Origin: Candidatus Altiarchaeota archaeon
GTDB taxonomy: Archaea > Altiarchaeota > Altiarchaeia > IMC4 > SCGC-AAA252-I15
Assembly (NCBI GenBank): GCA_043800255.1
Contig: JAZDNF010000014.1
Coordinates: forward strand, 1-36,739
Length of the DNA: 36,739 bases
Reading direction: 5' to 3'
Under the pieces are notes generated by a model. The model saw only the letters and a list, made by a program, of their open reading frames with translations. It was not told the DNA's origin and did no database searches. The translations under genes and the position numbers were made by a program. This document shows positions 9,226-18,748 of the stretch, piece by piece. Every line of letters begins with the position of its first letter. Position 1 is the first letter of the stretch.

Positions 9226-10443
9226 ATGATGTTTGACAGCATACGAACCTTAGACGATTTTGACTTCAAGGGGAAAAAAGTTCTGCTGCGCCTTGACCTT
9301 AATTCTCCGCTTGATCCTGACACGAAAGATTTTCTTGACGACCGACGTTTCATATCCCATAGGGATACCATACTCGAACTCCTGAAGAAGAAGGCGAAGA
9401 TTGCGATACTGGCGCACCAGGGCAGGCCGGGCGATGACGACTTCGTCACGTTGGAGAATCACGCGAAAAAGCTTTCTGAGGTGATAGGGCACGATGTTAA
9501 ATACGTCGACTCCATCTTCGGGAAAGGGGCCAACGACGCCGTCAATGCTTTGAAGCCTGGCGAGATTATTATGCTCGAGAACACGAGGTTCTACTCTGAG
9601 GAGGTTCTGAAGAGGCCTGCAGACGTCCAGGCTAAGACGATATTCGTTAAAAAGCTTGCTCCGCTATTTGACGTCTTCGTCAACGACGCCTTCGCGGTCG
9701 CTCACAGGTCGCAGCCGTCTGTCGTAGGATTTCCCATGGTAATGCCTGCAGTCGCCGGGAGGCTGATGGAGAAAGAGGTCAGCACGATACTTGGGACCCT
9801 GAAGAAACCGAAGAAGCCGGTCACGTTCATACTCGGAGGTACTAAGGCGGATGACAGCATAAAGGTCGCGAGGCAGGCGTTAGAGCATAATGACTGCAGA
9901 ATCCTGACAGGCGGAGTCGTTGGTAACATCTTCCTGGCTGCCAAAGGCTACAGGCTGGGCGAGCCTAGCATCGAATTCATCAGGGGTAAGAAGATGTCGG
10001 ATCAGATTGACGTCGCGAAGGAGATACTCAACAAATATGGCGAGAAGATCGTAACCCCGGTCGACGTCGCACTCGACAGGAACAACGAGCGGGTTGAAAT
10101 CCCGGTCGGAGACCTGCCGCAGAATTATAGGATATCTGACATAGGCAAGGAGACTGTGAAAAAGTACGTTGACATCATAAACAGCTCCGGCACGGTCTTC
10201 GCAAACGGAGCGTTAGGCGTTTTCGAGGACAAGAACTTCGCATTCGGGACTGAGAGCATAATAAGGGCCATCGCAGACTCAAAAGCCTTTTCAGTGATAG
10301 GCGGCGGTCACACTGTGGCTGCGGCGCGGCAGCTCGATGTCGGCGACAAGATAGACCACATCTCAAGCGGGGGAGGAGCCTGCATGGACCTTCTGGCGGG
10401 GGAGAAGCTTCCAGGCATAGAGGCCCTCAGAAAGGATAAATAA
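9226..10443 (+). CDS. pgk: Phosphoglycerate kinase
   Basis: LRLDLNSP, HQGRPG, LENTRF, NDAFAVAHRSQPS, GGGHT, SSGGGA; GGTGA SD. Confidence 0.96.
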   Translation: MMFDSIRTLDDFDFKGKKVLLRLDLNSPLDPDTKDFLDDRRFISHRDTILELLKKKAKIAILAHQGRPGDDDFVTLENHAKKLSEVIGHDVKYVDSIFGKGANDAVNALKPGEIIMLENTRFYSEEVLKRPADVQAKTIFVKKLAPLFDVFVNDAFAVAHRSQPSVVGFPMVMPAVAGRLMEKEVSTILGTLKKPKKPVTFILGGTKADDSIKVARQALEHNDCRILTGGVVGNIFLAAKGYRLGEPSIEFIRGKKMSDQIDVAKEILNKYGEKIVTPVDVALDRNNERVEIPVGDLPQNYRISDIGKETVKKYVDIINSSGTVFANGALGVFEDKNFAFGTESIIRAIADSKAFSVIGGGHTVAAARQLDVGDKIDHISSGGGACMDLLAGEKLPGIEALRKDK

Positions 10444-10468
10444 GGATAAAAGGAATAATTGAGAGAAA

Positions 10469-11650
10469 ATGTTCAAGATAGGTGAGGCATTGATAGGAAA
10501 AGGCAATGAGGTTGCGCACATCGACCTCATGATAGGCGACAAGGAAGGCTGCGTCGGACAGGCGTTTGCCAACGGAATAGCGGAACTGTCGAAGGGTCAC
10601 ACTCCGATCCTGGGCGTCATAAGGCCTAACCTGCCTGCCAAACCGTACACGCTCATCGTCCCAAAGGTCACAGTAAAGGACCTTGACGATGCTGGCAAAA
10701 TCTTCGGGCCGGCGCAGGCTGCAGTAGCCAAAGCGGTTGCAGATGCTGTTGAGGAGGGAACCATACCAAAGGACAAGATAGACGAGTGGGTCATAGTGGC
10801 AAGCGTGTTCGTCCACCCGAAGGCAACCAATTTCAGGCGCATATACCAGTACAACTACGGCGCCACGAAGCTGGCGCTTTCCAGGGCGCTTACTGATTAC
10901 CCAACGTGGGATAAGATACTGTTCGACAAGGACAGGGCGACGCATCCGATAATGGGCTTCAAGGTTCCGAGGCTGTGGAGGCCGCCGTACCTTCAGATTG
11001 CAATAGACAATCCAAACGCACAGCATGCGATGAAAGTCCTGAATGAGATACCAGAAAGCGACAACATAATAATAGAGGCGGGCACGCCCCTGATAAAGCA
11101 GGAGGGCGTCAAGATCATAAGCCAGATGAGAGAGCTCATGCCGAACATGTTCGTCATCGCCGACCTCAAGACCATGGACGTAGGGAACGTCGAAGTCGAC
11201 ATAGCATTCGACGAGACTGCGGATGCGGTTGCCGTCGCAGGACAGGCTCCGACAGAGGTCATAGACAAATTCATATACGAGGCCAAGCGGATGGGCATAT
11301 ACTCCATAGTCGACACCATAAACGTCAAAGACCCCATCAAACTCCTGAAGTCCCTGAAGGAGCTTCCTGACATCGTCGAACTGCACAGAGGCATCGACGA
11401 GGAAGGTAGCAAGGAGCACGAATGGGAAATGATAAAGAAGATCAAGACGTCCTTCAAGGAGAAGAAGATTCTGATTTCTGTCGCAGGAGGGATCGAGCCT
11501 AACAACGCATTGGATGCGATAAAGCACGGCGCGGACATCATCGTCGTCGGAAGGTACATAACCCAGTCAAAGGACGTTGAAAGGTCTGTCAGGGCTTTCC
11601 TGTCGCTGATGCAGGGCGACATCGACCTCAAAAGAAGTCACGTTGAGTAG
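10469..11650 (+). CDS. fae-hps: Bifunctional formaldehyde-activating enzyme / 3-hexulose-6-phosphate synthase
   Basis: Fae domain (GEALIGKGNEVAHIDL, FGPAQAAVAKAV, YNYGATK) fused to HPS (LQIAID, EAGTPLIK, DLKTMD, VAGG). Confidence 0.93.
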   Translation: MFKIGEALIGKGNEVAHIDLMIGDKEGCVGQAFANGIAELSKGHTPILGVIRPNLPAKPYTLIVPKVTVKDLDDAGKIFGPAQAAVAKAVADAVEEGTIPKDKIDEWVIVASVFVHPKATNFRRIYQYNYGATKLALSRALTDYPTWDKILFDKDRATHPIMGFKVPRLWRPPYLQIAIDNPNAQHAMKVLNEIPESDNIIIEAGTPLIKQEGVKIISQMRELMPNMFVIADLKTMDVGNVEVDIAFDETADAVAVAGQAPTEVIDKFIYEAKRMGIYSIVDTINVKDPIKLLKSLKELPDIVELHRGIDEEGSKEHEWEMIKKIKTSFKEKKILISVAGGIEPNNALDAIKHGADIIVVGRYITQSKDVERSVRAFLSLMQGDIDLKRSHVE

Positions 11651-12090
11651 GCTAGTATAGCGATTCCTACGGTCGACAGCCACACCACAGGCAGGAAAGG
11701 CACGGCGCCGCCGTCGCCAAACTTTCTCAGCAGGGGATTCAGCAGCTCCTTTGAAAACAGCAGGATTACATAGTAGGCTAGAATCAGCTGCGGGCTCAGC
11801 ATTGAGGATACTGCGGCAACAGCAGCCAAATCCATAATCGACAGGCTGACACGGTTGCCGAGAAACTTCGTGACGATGACAAAGAAGGCGACTATCATAA
11901 GCCATTTTACGATAACCATCATTTCCCCTGAGTAGGTGACTGCATCGTAAAGCAGCACAACTAGGGTATAAGCAGCCCACACTTCGGCGAAATCCCTCTG
12001 GGCCGACATTCTCCTGATGTCGCTGAGCGCTGCAACCGTGAGGCTGCCGAGGAGGAAAACCAGCCCAAGAATCTGAATCTGAAATTCCAC
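11638..12090 (-). CDS. Prepilin peptidase (A24)-like multi-TM protein with atypical motif
   Basis: First-Asp context AALSDIRR, second Asp in LSIMDL (where GxGD is expected), C-terminal VPFLP. Confidence 0.6.
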   Translation of the reverse strand: MEFQIQILGLVFLLGSLTVAALSDIRRMSAQRDFAEVWAAYTLVVLLYDAVTYSGEMMVIVKWLMIVAFFVIVTKFLGNRVSLSIMDLAAVAAVSSMLSPQLILAYYVILLFSKELLNPLLRKFGDGGAVPFLPVVWLSTVGIAILAYST

Positions 12091-12136
12091 AATAATTTTT
12101 AAGCACTAATGGGTAATATTTGTGATAAACTTAAAA

Positions 12137-12799
12137 ATGAACGGTAAATCCTTAGGAACAGCATTGTTTTCTGTGGTCATGCTAGCCTCGCTGACGGCTG
12201 GTGCTGACCCGGAGACTTACGTTTCAGGCTGGCAGCCTTACGCGCTCATTGCGACACTAGTAGTCCCATACTATCTCATAATCAGGAGGAAGGACCCTCT
12301 CGAGGTGAGAGGAGTCTACTACAACAACGCCACTGGGAGAATACAGCTTGTCGTGAAAAACCAGCAGGACAGGCAGCTTTTTTTGAGAACCTCCCTCCGG
12401 AGGGTCGAGAGGAGGGTCGCATGCTCTTGGAAGGTCTCCCCGGACGAGAGGATAGACTACGCCATCGACCTCCCGATGATTCCTGGAAAAGTCGAGACGC
12501 TTAGAAAATCGTACACGCTGCTGGCGAAAGACGACAGCGTTCTCTCGCTCGAACCGTCTGACACTTGCGTCCTAGACTACAGGCCGATGGATAGCATCTC
12601 CCAGGGAGATGAGATAAATGTCAGGATATACCACGGACTTGGAAAGTCACGGAGATGCCTGGAGCACATAACGAAGCTCCAATTCAGGTTGTGCTTGGGC
12701 CGCAGCCTTGGCATGAGCTGCGCAGACAAGAACTCTGGTCTGAGCCTCGCTCCCACACGGATGGAAGGTGAAGGCATCATCCAGCGGTTTGCCTCATAA
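12137..12799 (+). CDS. Hypothetical membrane-anchored protein
   Basis: Two N-terminal hydrophobic segments followed by a beta-rich soluble domain. Confidence 0.6.
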   Translation: MNGKSLGTALFSVVMLASLTAGADPETYVSGWQPYALIATLVVPYYLIIRRKDPLEVRGVYYNNATGRIQLVVKNQQDRQLFLRTSLRRVERRVACSWKVSPDERIDYAIDLPMIPGKVETLRKSYTLLAKDDSVLSLEPSDTCVLDYRPMDSISQGDEINVRIYHGLGKSRRCLEHITKLQFRLCLGRSLGMSCADKNSGLSLAPTRMEGEGIIQRFAS

Positions 12800-12800
12800 G

Positions 12801-13490
12801 ATGAACCTGATAAAATCCATCCTCGAGGGCCGCTCTGACGAATGGATTCACCAGAGATTCACGAAATATGGGAAGGGAGAGTTCAAGGGGCCGTCCGTTG
12901 ATGTTAAGGTTTCTAAGGACGTAAAGTTGAGCGCGACTGTAGATTATGTGACGCTGCTGGAGTGGGTTGCGGCAAAGAACTGCAGCGATGATCTGAACGT
13001 AAACGGTACGATAATCGCGAAAGAGGATCTTAAGGGAAAAATCGACGCCTTCGAAGTCGGAAGGACGTCGAACAAGAAAGGCGTATACACTGCCGAGGTT
13101 TCCGGCACGATTAAAGCCGAAGCCCTCAGAGAAGCCTATGATAGGATTCCCGGAGCCTACTTCCTGCTGAACCTGACGTCAAAGGGCTGTAAAATCAAAA
13201 CAAAGACAAAGCTTCCGAAGCCAGGCTCTGGCCCTGACACAGGCTTTTGCACTGCGACCTTTGACATCGGAGCGCTTGCAGACATCAAGGGCGAGATTTT
13301 CTTCGACCATGCTGGCGACTTCAGGGAGGCTTCAGCATCGCACATTTACATTATCAAAGAGCTTGCTGCTCCCGCAGGCGTCAAAGACCCTGCGAGAATA
13401 CGGCTCGAAGCCAAGAGGAAAGGCAGAATCGTGAGAACGGTCAAAGCAGACGGCGTAACTAAGGTAACTGAAAATGAATTCTCGGTTTAG
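12801..13490 (+). CDS. Conserved hypothetical protein (DPANN-like family)
   Basis: MNLIKSILEGRSDEWIHQRFTKYGKGEF...AKRKGRIVR resembles uncharacterised DPANN proteins (from recall); ATG 2 nt after the previous stop. Confidence 0.7.
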   Translation: MNLIKSILEGRSDEWIHQRFTKYGKGEFKGPSVDVKVSKDVKLSATVDYVTLLEWVAAKNCSDDLNVNGTIIAKEDLKGKIDAFEVGRTSNKKGVYTAEVSGTIKAEALREAYDRIPGAYFLLNLTSKGCKIKTKTKLPKPGSGPDTGFCTATFDIGALADIKGEIFFDHAGDFREASASHIYIIKELAAPAGVKDPARIRLEAKRKGRIVRTVKADGVTKVTENEFSV

Positions 13491-13498
13491 TGGGATGT

Positions 13499-13571
13499 AG
13501 CCTCACACTAACGTCCGGTCTCACAGTTTGGAATACACCACACTCGAACCAGATTGACCCTATGTGAGGCT
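13499..13571. ncRNA. Candidate structured intergenic RNA (73 nt)
   Basis: 9-bp closing stem AGCCTCACA/TGTGAGGCT with an inner GGTC/GACC helix. Confidence 0.35.
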
Positions 13572-13643
13572 GTTAATATACCGTAGTACAGGTTAAAAAG
13601 TAGGATATTTATTCCATGAGAGCGTATATTATTCCCACAGAAG

Positions 13644-14741
13644 ATGGCCAAAGAGAGAAGCGTTATCCGAAAGAGGTACTCTGAGGATGATATCCGCGCC
13701 AATGCTGAGAGGATGAAAGGCCGTGATATTGAGCTTCCAACTCAGATGGAGCTCGCAAACTACAGGGCTGAGAAGCTGGACATGGACTTCCAGGTCGGAG
13801 ACAACCGTTGGGTTAAAAAGATACAGGACAAGCATCTGACCAGGAACATGTACATCGTCTTCGGCTCCCCAGGCTCTGGGAAGGACACTGTCAGAGAGCA
13901 CGTCCTAAAGGAGGACGGCATCGAAGGCTTCGTGAAGGACACGACCAGAGCGCTCAGAAAAAAGGAGCTTTTCAAACTTGAGGAAGACGACAGAGGATAT
14001 TTGGCTGATGGAACTGCACCTCGGGAATTCATTCGCATAATCAATGAAAAGGTAAATGACTATAACAGCAAACGCGAGAACAGAGGAAAAGAAGCACCTC
14101 ATCTTCCTAAGGAGTCGCCTATTAAAAAGATAGATAATGGGAAATGGGAGATTGGTAGGCGAGAGGATAAACTAGTGTTCGAAGTAGAGGACACTAAAGA
14201 GGGATTAAAGACCTATTGGAAAAATGAATTTGAGGGAATTTCCTACAACTTCCACCCAACCAAGATAGAAGAGGACACAGACAAGCTGGCCGACGCCAGG
14301 AAGAAAGGCCTCCTGTCCTACAAGTACAACAACCATTACTACTGGTTCGACGCTGAAAAACTGTATGAGAAGCTTTCTGAGGGAAAAAAGATCGTGCTCG
14401 TGGTCGGAGGGGGAACGCCCCAGGAGGCTGAGGAGCTTAAGGATCTTGTGCCAGACGTTACGACAATGTTCGTATCGCCTCCTGAGGAGAAGGGTAGGAA
14501 GCCTGTTGACGTTATCGTAGACAGGTACGTGAACAGGTGCAAGCAGGACGGCACTCTGGAAAGAAGCCCCGATGTTGTGGAGCAGAGGAAGAGGATAATA
14601 CGGGACAACTATAATGCGGGCGTGCGGGTTGCAGATCATGTGATATGGAATCCCTCAGAGCCTGATGAGAAGAAAAGAGGTTTGGAAGGGGCGAAACAGA
14701 TTATGGGGATAATAAGGGAGCGGCAGGCGCAGGAAGGATAA
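13644..14741 (+). CDS. Guanylate kinase-like P-loop protein with internal insertion
   Basis: [30 protein letters not shown] and MFVSPP occur in Gmk order; about 87-aa insert and about 65-aa N-terminal extension. Confidence 0.7.
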   Translation: MAKERSVIRKRYSEDDIRANAERMKGRDIELPTQMELANYRAEKLDMDFQVGDNRWVKKIQDKHLTRNMYIVFGSPGSGKDTVREHVLKEDGIEGFVKDTTRALRKKELFKLEEDDRGYLADGTAPREFIRIINEKVNDYNSKRENRGKEAPHLPKESPIKKIDNGKWEIGRREDKLVFEVEDTKEGLKTYWKNEFEGISYNFHPTKIEEDTDKLADARKKGLLSYKYNNHYYWFDAEKLYEKLSEGKKIVLVVGGGTPQEAEELKDLVPDVTTMFVSPPEEKGRKPVDVIVDRYVNRCKQDGTLERSPDVVEQRKRIIRDNYNAGVRVADHVIWNPSEPDEKKRGLEGAKQIMGIIRERQAQEG

Positions 14742-14797
14742 AAACCTGCTTTTTACCTTCAAATACCATATTTGCTTTAAATTTTCTGGTGAATCAA

Positions 14798-16084
14798 ATG
14801 AGCAAGATAAGATCTGTAAAAGCTAGGGAAGTTCTGGATTCAAGAGGTAACCCGACTGTCGAAGTTGATATTGAAGCCGACGGTAACAGGGTAAGGGCCA
14901 TGGTGCCCTCAGGAGCGTCAACCGGAGTGCATGAAGCCCTTGAGCTGAGGGATGGGGACAAGAAAAGGTATCTCGGCAAGGGCGTGACAAAGGCCGTCAC
15001 AAACGTCAACAAAATCATAGCCCCGAAGGTTGTCGGCATGGACTGCACACAGCAGGAGGCAGTCGACAAGATCATGCTAGACCTCGACGGCACAGACAAG
15101 AAGGAGAAGCTGGGGGCCAACGCCATACTGTCAGTCAGCATGGCAGTGTGCAAGGCCGGGGCCATGACAACGGAGACGCCGCTGTACAAGTACATGGCAA
15201 AGCTCGCCGGGAAGAAGGGAGTAACCCTTCCCGTGCCGCAGTTGAACGTCATAAACGGCGGAAGGCACGCCGGCAAGGAGAACGACATACAGGAGAACAT
15301 GTTCATGCCAGTGGGCGCGAAATCATTCAAGGAGGGCATCAGGATGGGCGCCGAAGTTTATCACACTCTCAGGAAGATGCTGAAGGAGAAGTTCGGACCC
15401 TCTGCAACACACTTGGGCGACGAGGGAGGCTTCGTCCCGCCGTTCGACACGCCATATGAGAGGCTGGATTTCATGTTGAAGGCGGCTGAAGAGGCTGGCT
15501 ATGCTAAGGAGATGGCAATCGCCTTGGACCCTGCTTCGTCTGAGTTCTACTACGGGAAGGAGGGAGTCTACAGGATAGGGGAGAAGGCTTACAAGAGCGA
15601 TGAGATTGTGGACTTCTACAGGGAGCTGTCAGAGACCTATCCTATAGTCTCTATAGAGGACGGCATGGCAGAGGATGACTGGGACGGCTGGGCCCTGCTC
15701 GTGAAAGAGATAGGGGGGAAGGTCCAGATCACAGGAGATGACCTGCTGGTTACGAACGTGAGGAGGATAGAGAAGGCCATCAAGTTGAACGCAGTCAACG
15801 CTCTGCTCCTTAAGGTCAACCAGATAGGGTCTGTGACCGAGTCCATAAATGCCGCCAACATGACGTTCAAGAAAGGCTGGAGCGTCACAGTCTCGCACAG
15901 GAGCGGCGAAACGGAGGACTCGTTCATAGCCGACCTCTCCGTAGGCCTGGACTGCGGCCAGCTAAAGACTGGAGCGCCTGCGAGAAGCGAGAGGCTCGCA
16001 AAGTACAACCAGCTTTTGAGGATCGAGGAGGAACTCGGCAGCAGAGCAGCCTATCCTGGCAGGAAGTTCAGAGGGCCGCACTAG
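14798..16084 (+). CDS. eno: Enolase
   Basis: [48 protein letters not shown]. Confidence 0.97.
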   Translation: MSKIRSVKAREVLDSRGNPTVEVDIEADGNRVRAMVPSGASTGVHEALELRDGDKKRYLGKGVTKAVTNVNKIIAPKVVGMDCTQQEAVDKIMLDLDGTDKKEKLGANAILSVSMAVCKAGAMTTETPLYKYMAKLAGKKGVTLPVPQLNVINGGRHAGKENDIQENMFMPVGAKSFKEGIRMGAEVYHTLRKMLKEKFGPSATHLGDEGGFVPPFDTPYERLDFMLKAAEEAGYAKEMAIALDPASSEFYYGKEGVYRIGEKAYKSDEIVDFYRELSETYPIVSIEDGMAEDDWDGWALLVKEIGGKVQITGDDLLVTNVRRIEKAIKLNAVNALLLKVNQIGSVTESINAANMTFKKGWSVTVSHRSGETEDSFIADLSVGLDCGQLKTGAPARSERLAKYNQLLRIEEELGSRAAYPGRKFRGPH

Positions 16085-16087
16085 CCT

Positions 16088-16381
16088 ATGACAGGCTGGG
16101 AGAGGATACGCAAAGGCATAGATGCCAGAAAACTTGCAAACAATCCTGAACTGGGGATACGGTTCGATATCCTAAGATTGGAAGCAGGGCTGATTGACGT
16201 CCCGCACGTGCACGACGGCTTCGAATGGGTTTACGTGCTGGAAGGCTCGTTCGAAGACCAGAACGGAGTCCACAAGCAGGGAGACTTCATAGAGAACTAC
16301 CAAGGCCAGAAGCACTGGGTTAAGTCAGATGATGGCTGTAAGATTCTTATAGTATGGACTGGCAGCGTCAGCAAAGCTTAG
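16088..16381 (+). CDS. Cupin domain protein (ChrR-like)
   Basis: PHVHDGFEWVYVLEG...GDF...H cupin motifs. Confidence 0.8.
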   Translation: MTGWERIRKGIDARKLANNPELGIRFDILRLEAGLIDVPHVHDGFEWVYVLEGSFEDQNGVHKQGDFIENYQGQKHWVKSDDGCKILIVWTGSVSKA

Positions 16382-17094
16382 GACCTTCTCCTGCCGCCGC
16401 CCCTCCTCCGCATCTTAGACCTTCTCTGCCGCTGCATTTCCTGAAGCTCGAGCATGTAAGGCTGCGGCTCAGCTTCTGAGATGAACTCCTCAAGCCTGCC
16501 CTCGAAGGCCTCCTTAACGCCCCTCTCCTTCAGGACTTCCCTGGCAAGTATCCAGTAGATGAGCGCGAGAGCGTTCTTGCCCTTGTTGTTTGAGGGTATG
16601 CAGTAGTCGATCTTCTTGAGTCGCGTGTTTGAATCGCATATTCCAATTATTGAAATGCCGACGTCCGACGCCTCCTTCACAGCCTGCTGGTCTGCCGTCG
16701 GGTCTGTGACAATCAGAATCTTAGGCTCCATATAGGATTTTATGTTAGGGTTTGTGAGCGTTCCTGACACAAAACGGTCTATGAATGACCTGCAGCCAGT
16801 ATACTTGTAGAACATCTCGATAGGCTTTCTCCCGTAGACCCTGTTGGAGACGACTAGAACGTCCCCAGGAGCGTATGATGCTATGAACTTCGCCGCTATC
16901 CTTATCCGCTCGTCTATCTTCTGTATGTCGAACACGCAGAGCTTGTCGGGACGTATCTTGTAGATGAAAGGCCTCATGTCCGCTGTCTTGTACTTCAAGC
17001 CAACGTGGACTCCGTTCGACAGGTAGTCGTCTATTGAAACCAGCAGATTCGAAGAATCCTTCACGTCCTCTGTGTTCTCTTCTTCAGCCATCAT
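16378..17094 (-). CDS. rps2: 30S ribosomal protein S2 (uS2)
   Basis: YLSNGVHVG, RFVSGTLTNP, IPSNNKG; Arg-rich tail. Confidence 0.95.
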   Translation of the reverse strand: MMAEEENTEDVKDSSNLLVSIDDYLSNGVHVGLKYKTADMRPFIYKIRPDKLCVFDIQKIDERIRIAAKFIASYAPGDVLVVSNRVYGRKPIEMFYKYTGCRSFIDRFVSGTLTNPNIKSYMEPKILIVTDPTADQQAVKEASDVGISIIGICDSNTRLKKIDYCIPSNNKGKNALALIYWILAREVLKERGVKEAFEGRLEEFISEAEPQPYMLELQEMQRQRRSKMRRRGGGRRRS

Positions 17095-17265
17095 TTACCT
17101 CTTAACTGTGATAGGCAGGACATCCTTCTCGAACTCCAGCTTAGCTATCTCAAGGGCGTTCATCTTTTCTTTAGGCAGTTTAACGAGGATGGGAGCGCCC
17201 ATCTTGATCTGCAATGCCCTCGCACCGATAAGCCTTGCCTTCTCGAAACGCGTGTATTCCTCCAT
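17095..17265 (-). CDS. rpoK: RNA polymerase subunit Rpo6 (K), not in ORF track
   Basis: My translation, 56 aa: [29 protein letters not shown]...LPITVKR. Confidence 0.95.
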   Translation of the reverse strand: MEEYTRFEKARLIGARALQIKMGAPILVKLPKEKMNALEIAKLEFEKDVLPITVKR

Positions 17266-17266
17266 T

Positions 17267-17464
17267 TTAAAACTTCTTAAACCTCATTATCTCATCTATG
17301 AGATCCGAATGCGATATGAACATCCTCCTGCAGCAGTATCTGTCGAAGCCCAGATCGTCCAGAACCTTTTTGGGCTTCTCCCCGGCCTTGACCCTCTTCT
17401 GGTAGTCCTCCCATGACTGCGCTACCGGCTTGCCGCAGCTGAAACATCGTATAGGTATTATCAT
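17267..17464 (-). CDS. rpoN: RNA polymerase subunit Rpo10 (N)
   Basis: [12 protein letters not shown]...RYCCRRM. Confidence 0.96.
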   Translation of the reverse strand: MIIPIRCFSCGKPVAQSWEDYQKRVKAGEKPKKVLDDLGFDRYCCRRMFISHSDLIDEIMRFKKF

Positions 17465-17470
17465 AGTCAA

Positions 17471-17890
17471 TCACCTGTATGATTTCTGCCTCTTATGGCG
17501 GGGACCCTTGCTGCTCTGGCTGGGCTTGTGAACCTCAGTCTGCCTGGAGTCCCCCGCTATCAACGTCCTGTTGAAATCATGATACTTCTGCAGCAGCGAG
17601 TCGCCGCCTGACCACTCAACCAAGCCGCGGGCTATCGCTGAGGCTATCGCATCAGCCTGCCCAAGCTGCCCGCCACCTCGGGATGTGATCTCGATGTTAA
17701 TCTTGCCCAGGTCAACGTGGTCTGATGCTATCATCATCGCCTCCTGTATCTTCATCCTGGCGAATTCTGTGCTGTAGCTGTCAAGCAGGATGGAGTTTAC
17801 CCTGACTACGCCCTTGCCTTCGGATATTGTCGCCCTCGCCAGGGCAGTTTTCCGCTTGCCTGCGCTTTGAACGATCTTGTTAGCCATCAC
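17471..17890 (-). CDS. rps9: 30S ribosomal protein S9 (uS9)
   Basis: GKRKTALARA, GGGQLGQADA, QKSYR C-terminus. Confidence 0.96.
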   Translation of the reverse strand: MMANKIVQSAGKRKTALARATISEGKGVVRVNSILLDSYSTEFARMKIQEAMMIASDHVDLGKINIEITSRGGGQLGQADAIASAIARGLVEWSGGDSLLQKYHDFNRTLIAGDSRQTEVHKPSQSSKGPRHKRQKSYR

Positions 17891-18330
17891 CAGGACCCTC
17901 CGATGAACTTACATATCTCACCCACGGTTAAAAAATTAGCGTCTTCTCTGACATTCGCGCCGATTTTTACAGGCTTCTCCTTTTTGATGTCGACGCTGTG
18001 CTTTTCTTTTATCACTTCCATCGGCGTTCCAATGTATACCATGACCTTCTTGTATGCTTCGATGCCTCTTGACTTGTTCCACGGCAACATGCCGCGTATG
18101 GTCTTGCGCACGAACCTGTCAGGCCTCTTCTGGTGGTAGGGCCCCTTGGTTACCGCGCTCTTGCTCTTGCGTTCAAGCCTGCTCGCATACTGATGGAGGA
18201 TTTCATCCCTCCTGCCGACGACAACAGCCTTCTCGGCGTTCACCACTATGACATTCTCGCCGAGCAACGCCTTCTTCGCAGCATAAGAGGACATCCTCCC
18301 CAGAACCTGACCGTCAGCATCTATTATCAT
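17887..18330 (-). CDS. rpl13: 50S ribosomal protein L13 (uL13)
   Basis: IIDADGQVLGRMSS, VVNAEKAV, RKTIRGMLP. Confidence 0.96.
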   Translation of the reverse strand: MIIDADGQVLGRMSSYAAKKALLGENVIVVNAEKAVVVGRRDEILHQYASRLERKSKSAVTKGPYHQKRPDRFVRKTIRGMLPWNKSRGIEAYKKVMVYIGTPMEVIKEKHSVDIKKEKPVKIGANVREDANFLTVGEICKFIGGSW

Positions 18331-18331
18331 T

Positions 18332-18697
18332 TTATCCTATGATTTTCACCCCAGAACCTTTGCTGTTTTTTTCCATCAGCTCTTTCAAGGTCAGAACCTT
18401 CCCTCCCGCGGCTTCTATGCTCTTCTTAGCGGCATTCGAGAAGTTGAAGGCTGCCACATTAACGGTATGGCTGAGCCTACTGTTCCCCAGCACATTGCCT
18501 GGGACGACGATGGTATCGCCCTCCTTCGTATGCTTGTCTATCCTGTATAGGTTAACTTCAGGACGGTTTCTCCTGCTCTTCGACAGCCTGTCGGCTACGG
18601 CATTCCATATCAGAGCCTCCTCCTCTTTCGCAAGCTTCCTCAAATCCTGAACAAGCTTCACCCGTACCGGGTTCTCGTACTCTACTGTTCTGACCAT
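18332..18697 (-). CDS. rpl18e: 50S ribosomal protein L18e
   Basis: VNLYRI, IVVPGNVLG, FSNAAKKSIEAAGG. Confidence 0.95.
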   Translation of the reverse strand: MVRTVEYENPVRVKLVQDLRKLAKEEEALIWNAVADRLSKSRRNRPEVNLYRIDKHTKEGDTIVVPGNVLGNSRLSHTVNVAAFNFSNAAKKSIEAAGGKVLTLKELMEKNSKGSGVKIIG

Positions 18698-18748
18698 TGT
18701 AGGGTTATTTTCTTTCCGTCAACGCTTTCTTTTTTTAAAAGAAAGGGT

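Noticed and set aside
10427-11631. 366-aa and 212-aa minus-strand ORFs
   Set aside because: Antisense shadows of fae-hps.
13968-14228. Intein or BHB intron explanation for the kinase insert
   Set aside because: No Cys/Ser start or His-Asn end, and I could not see a bulge-helix-bulge at the junctions.
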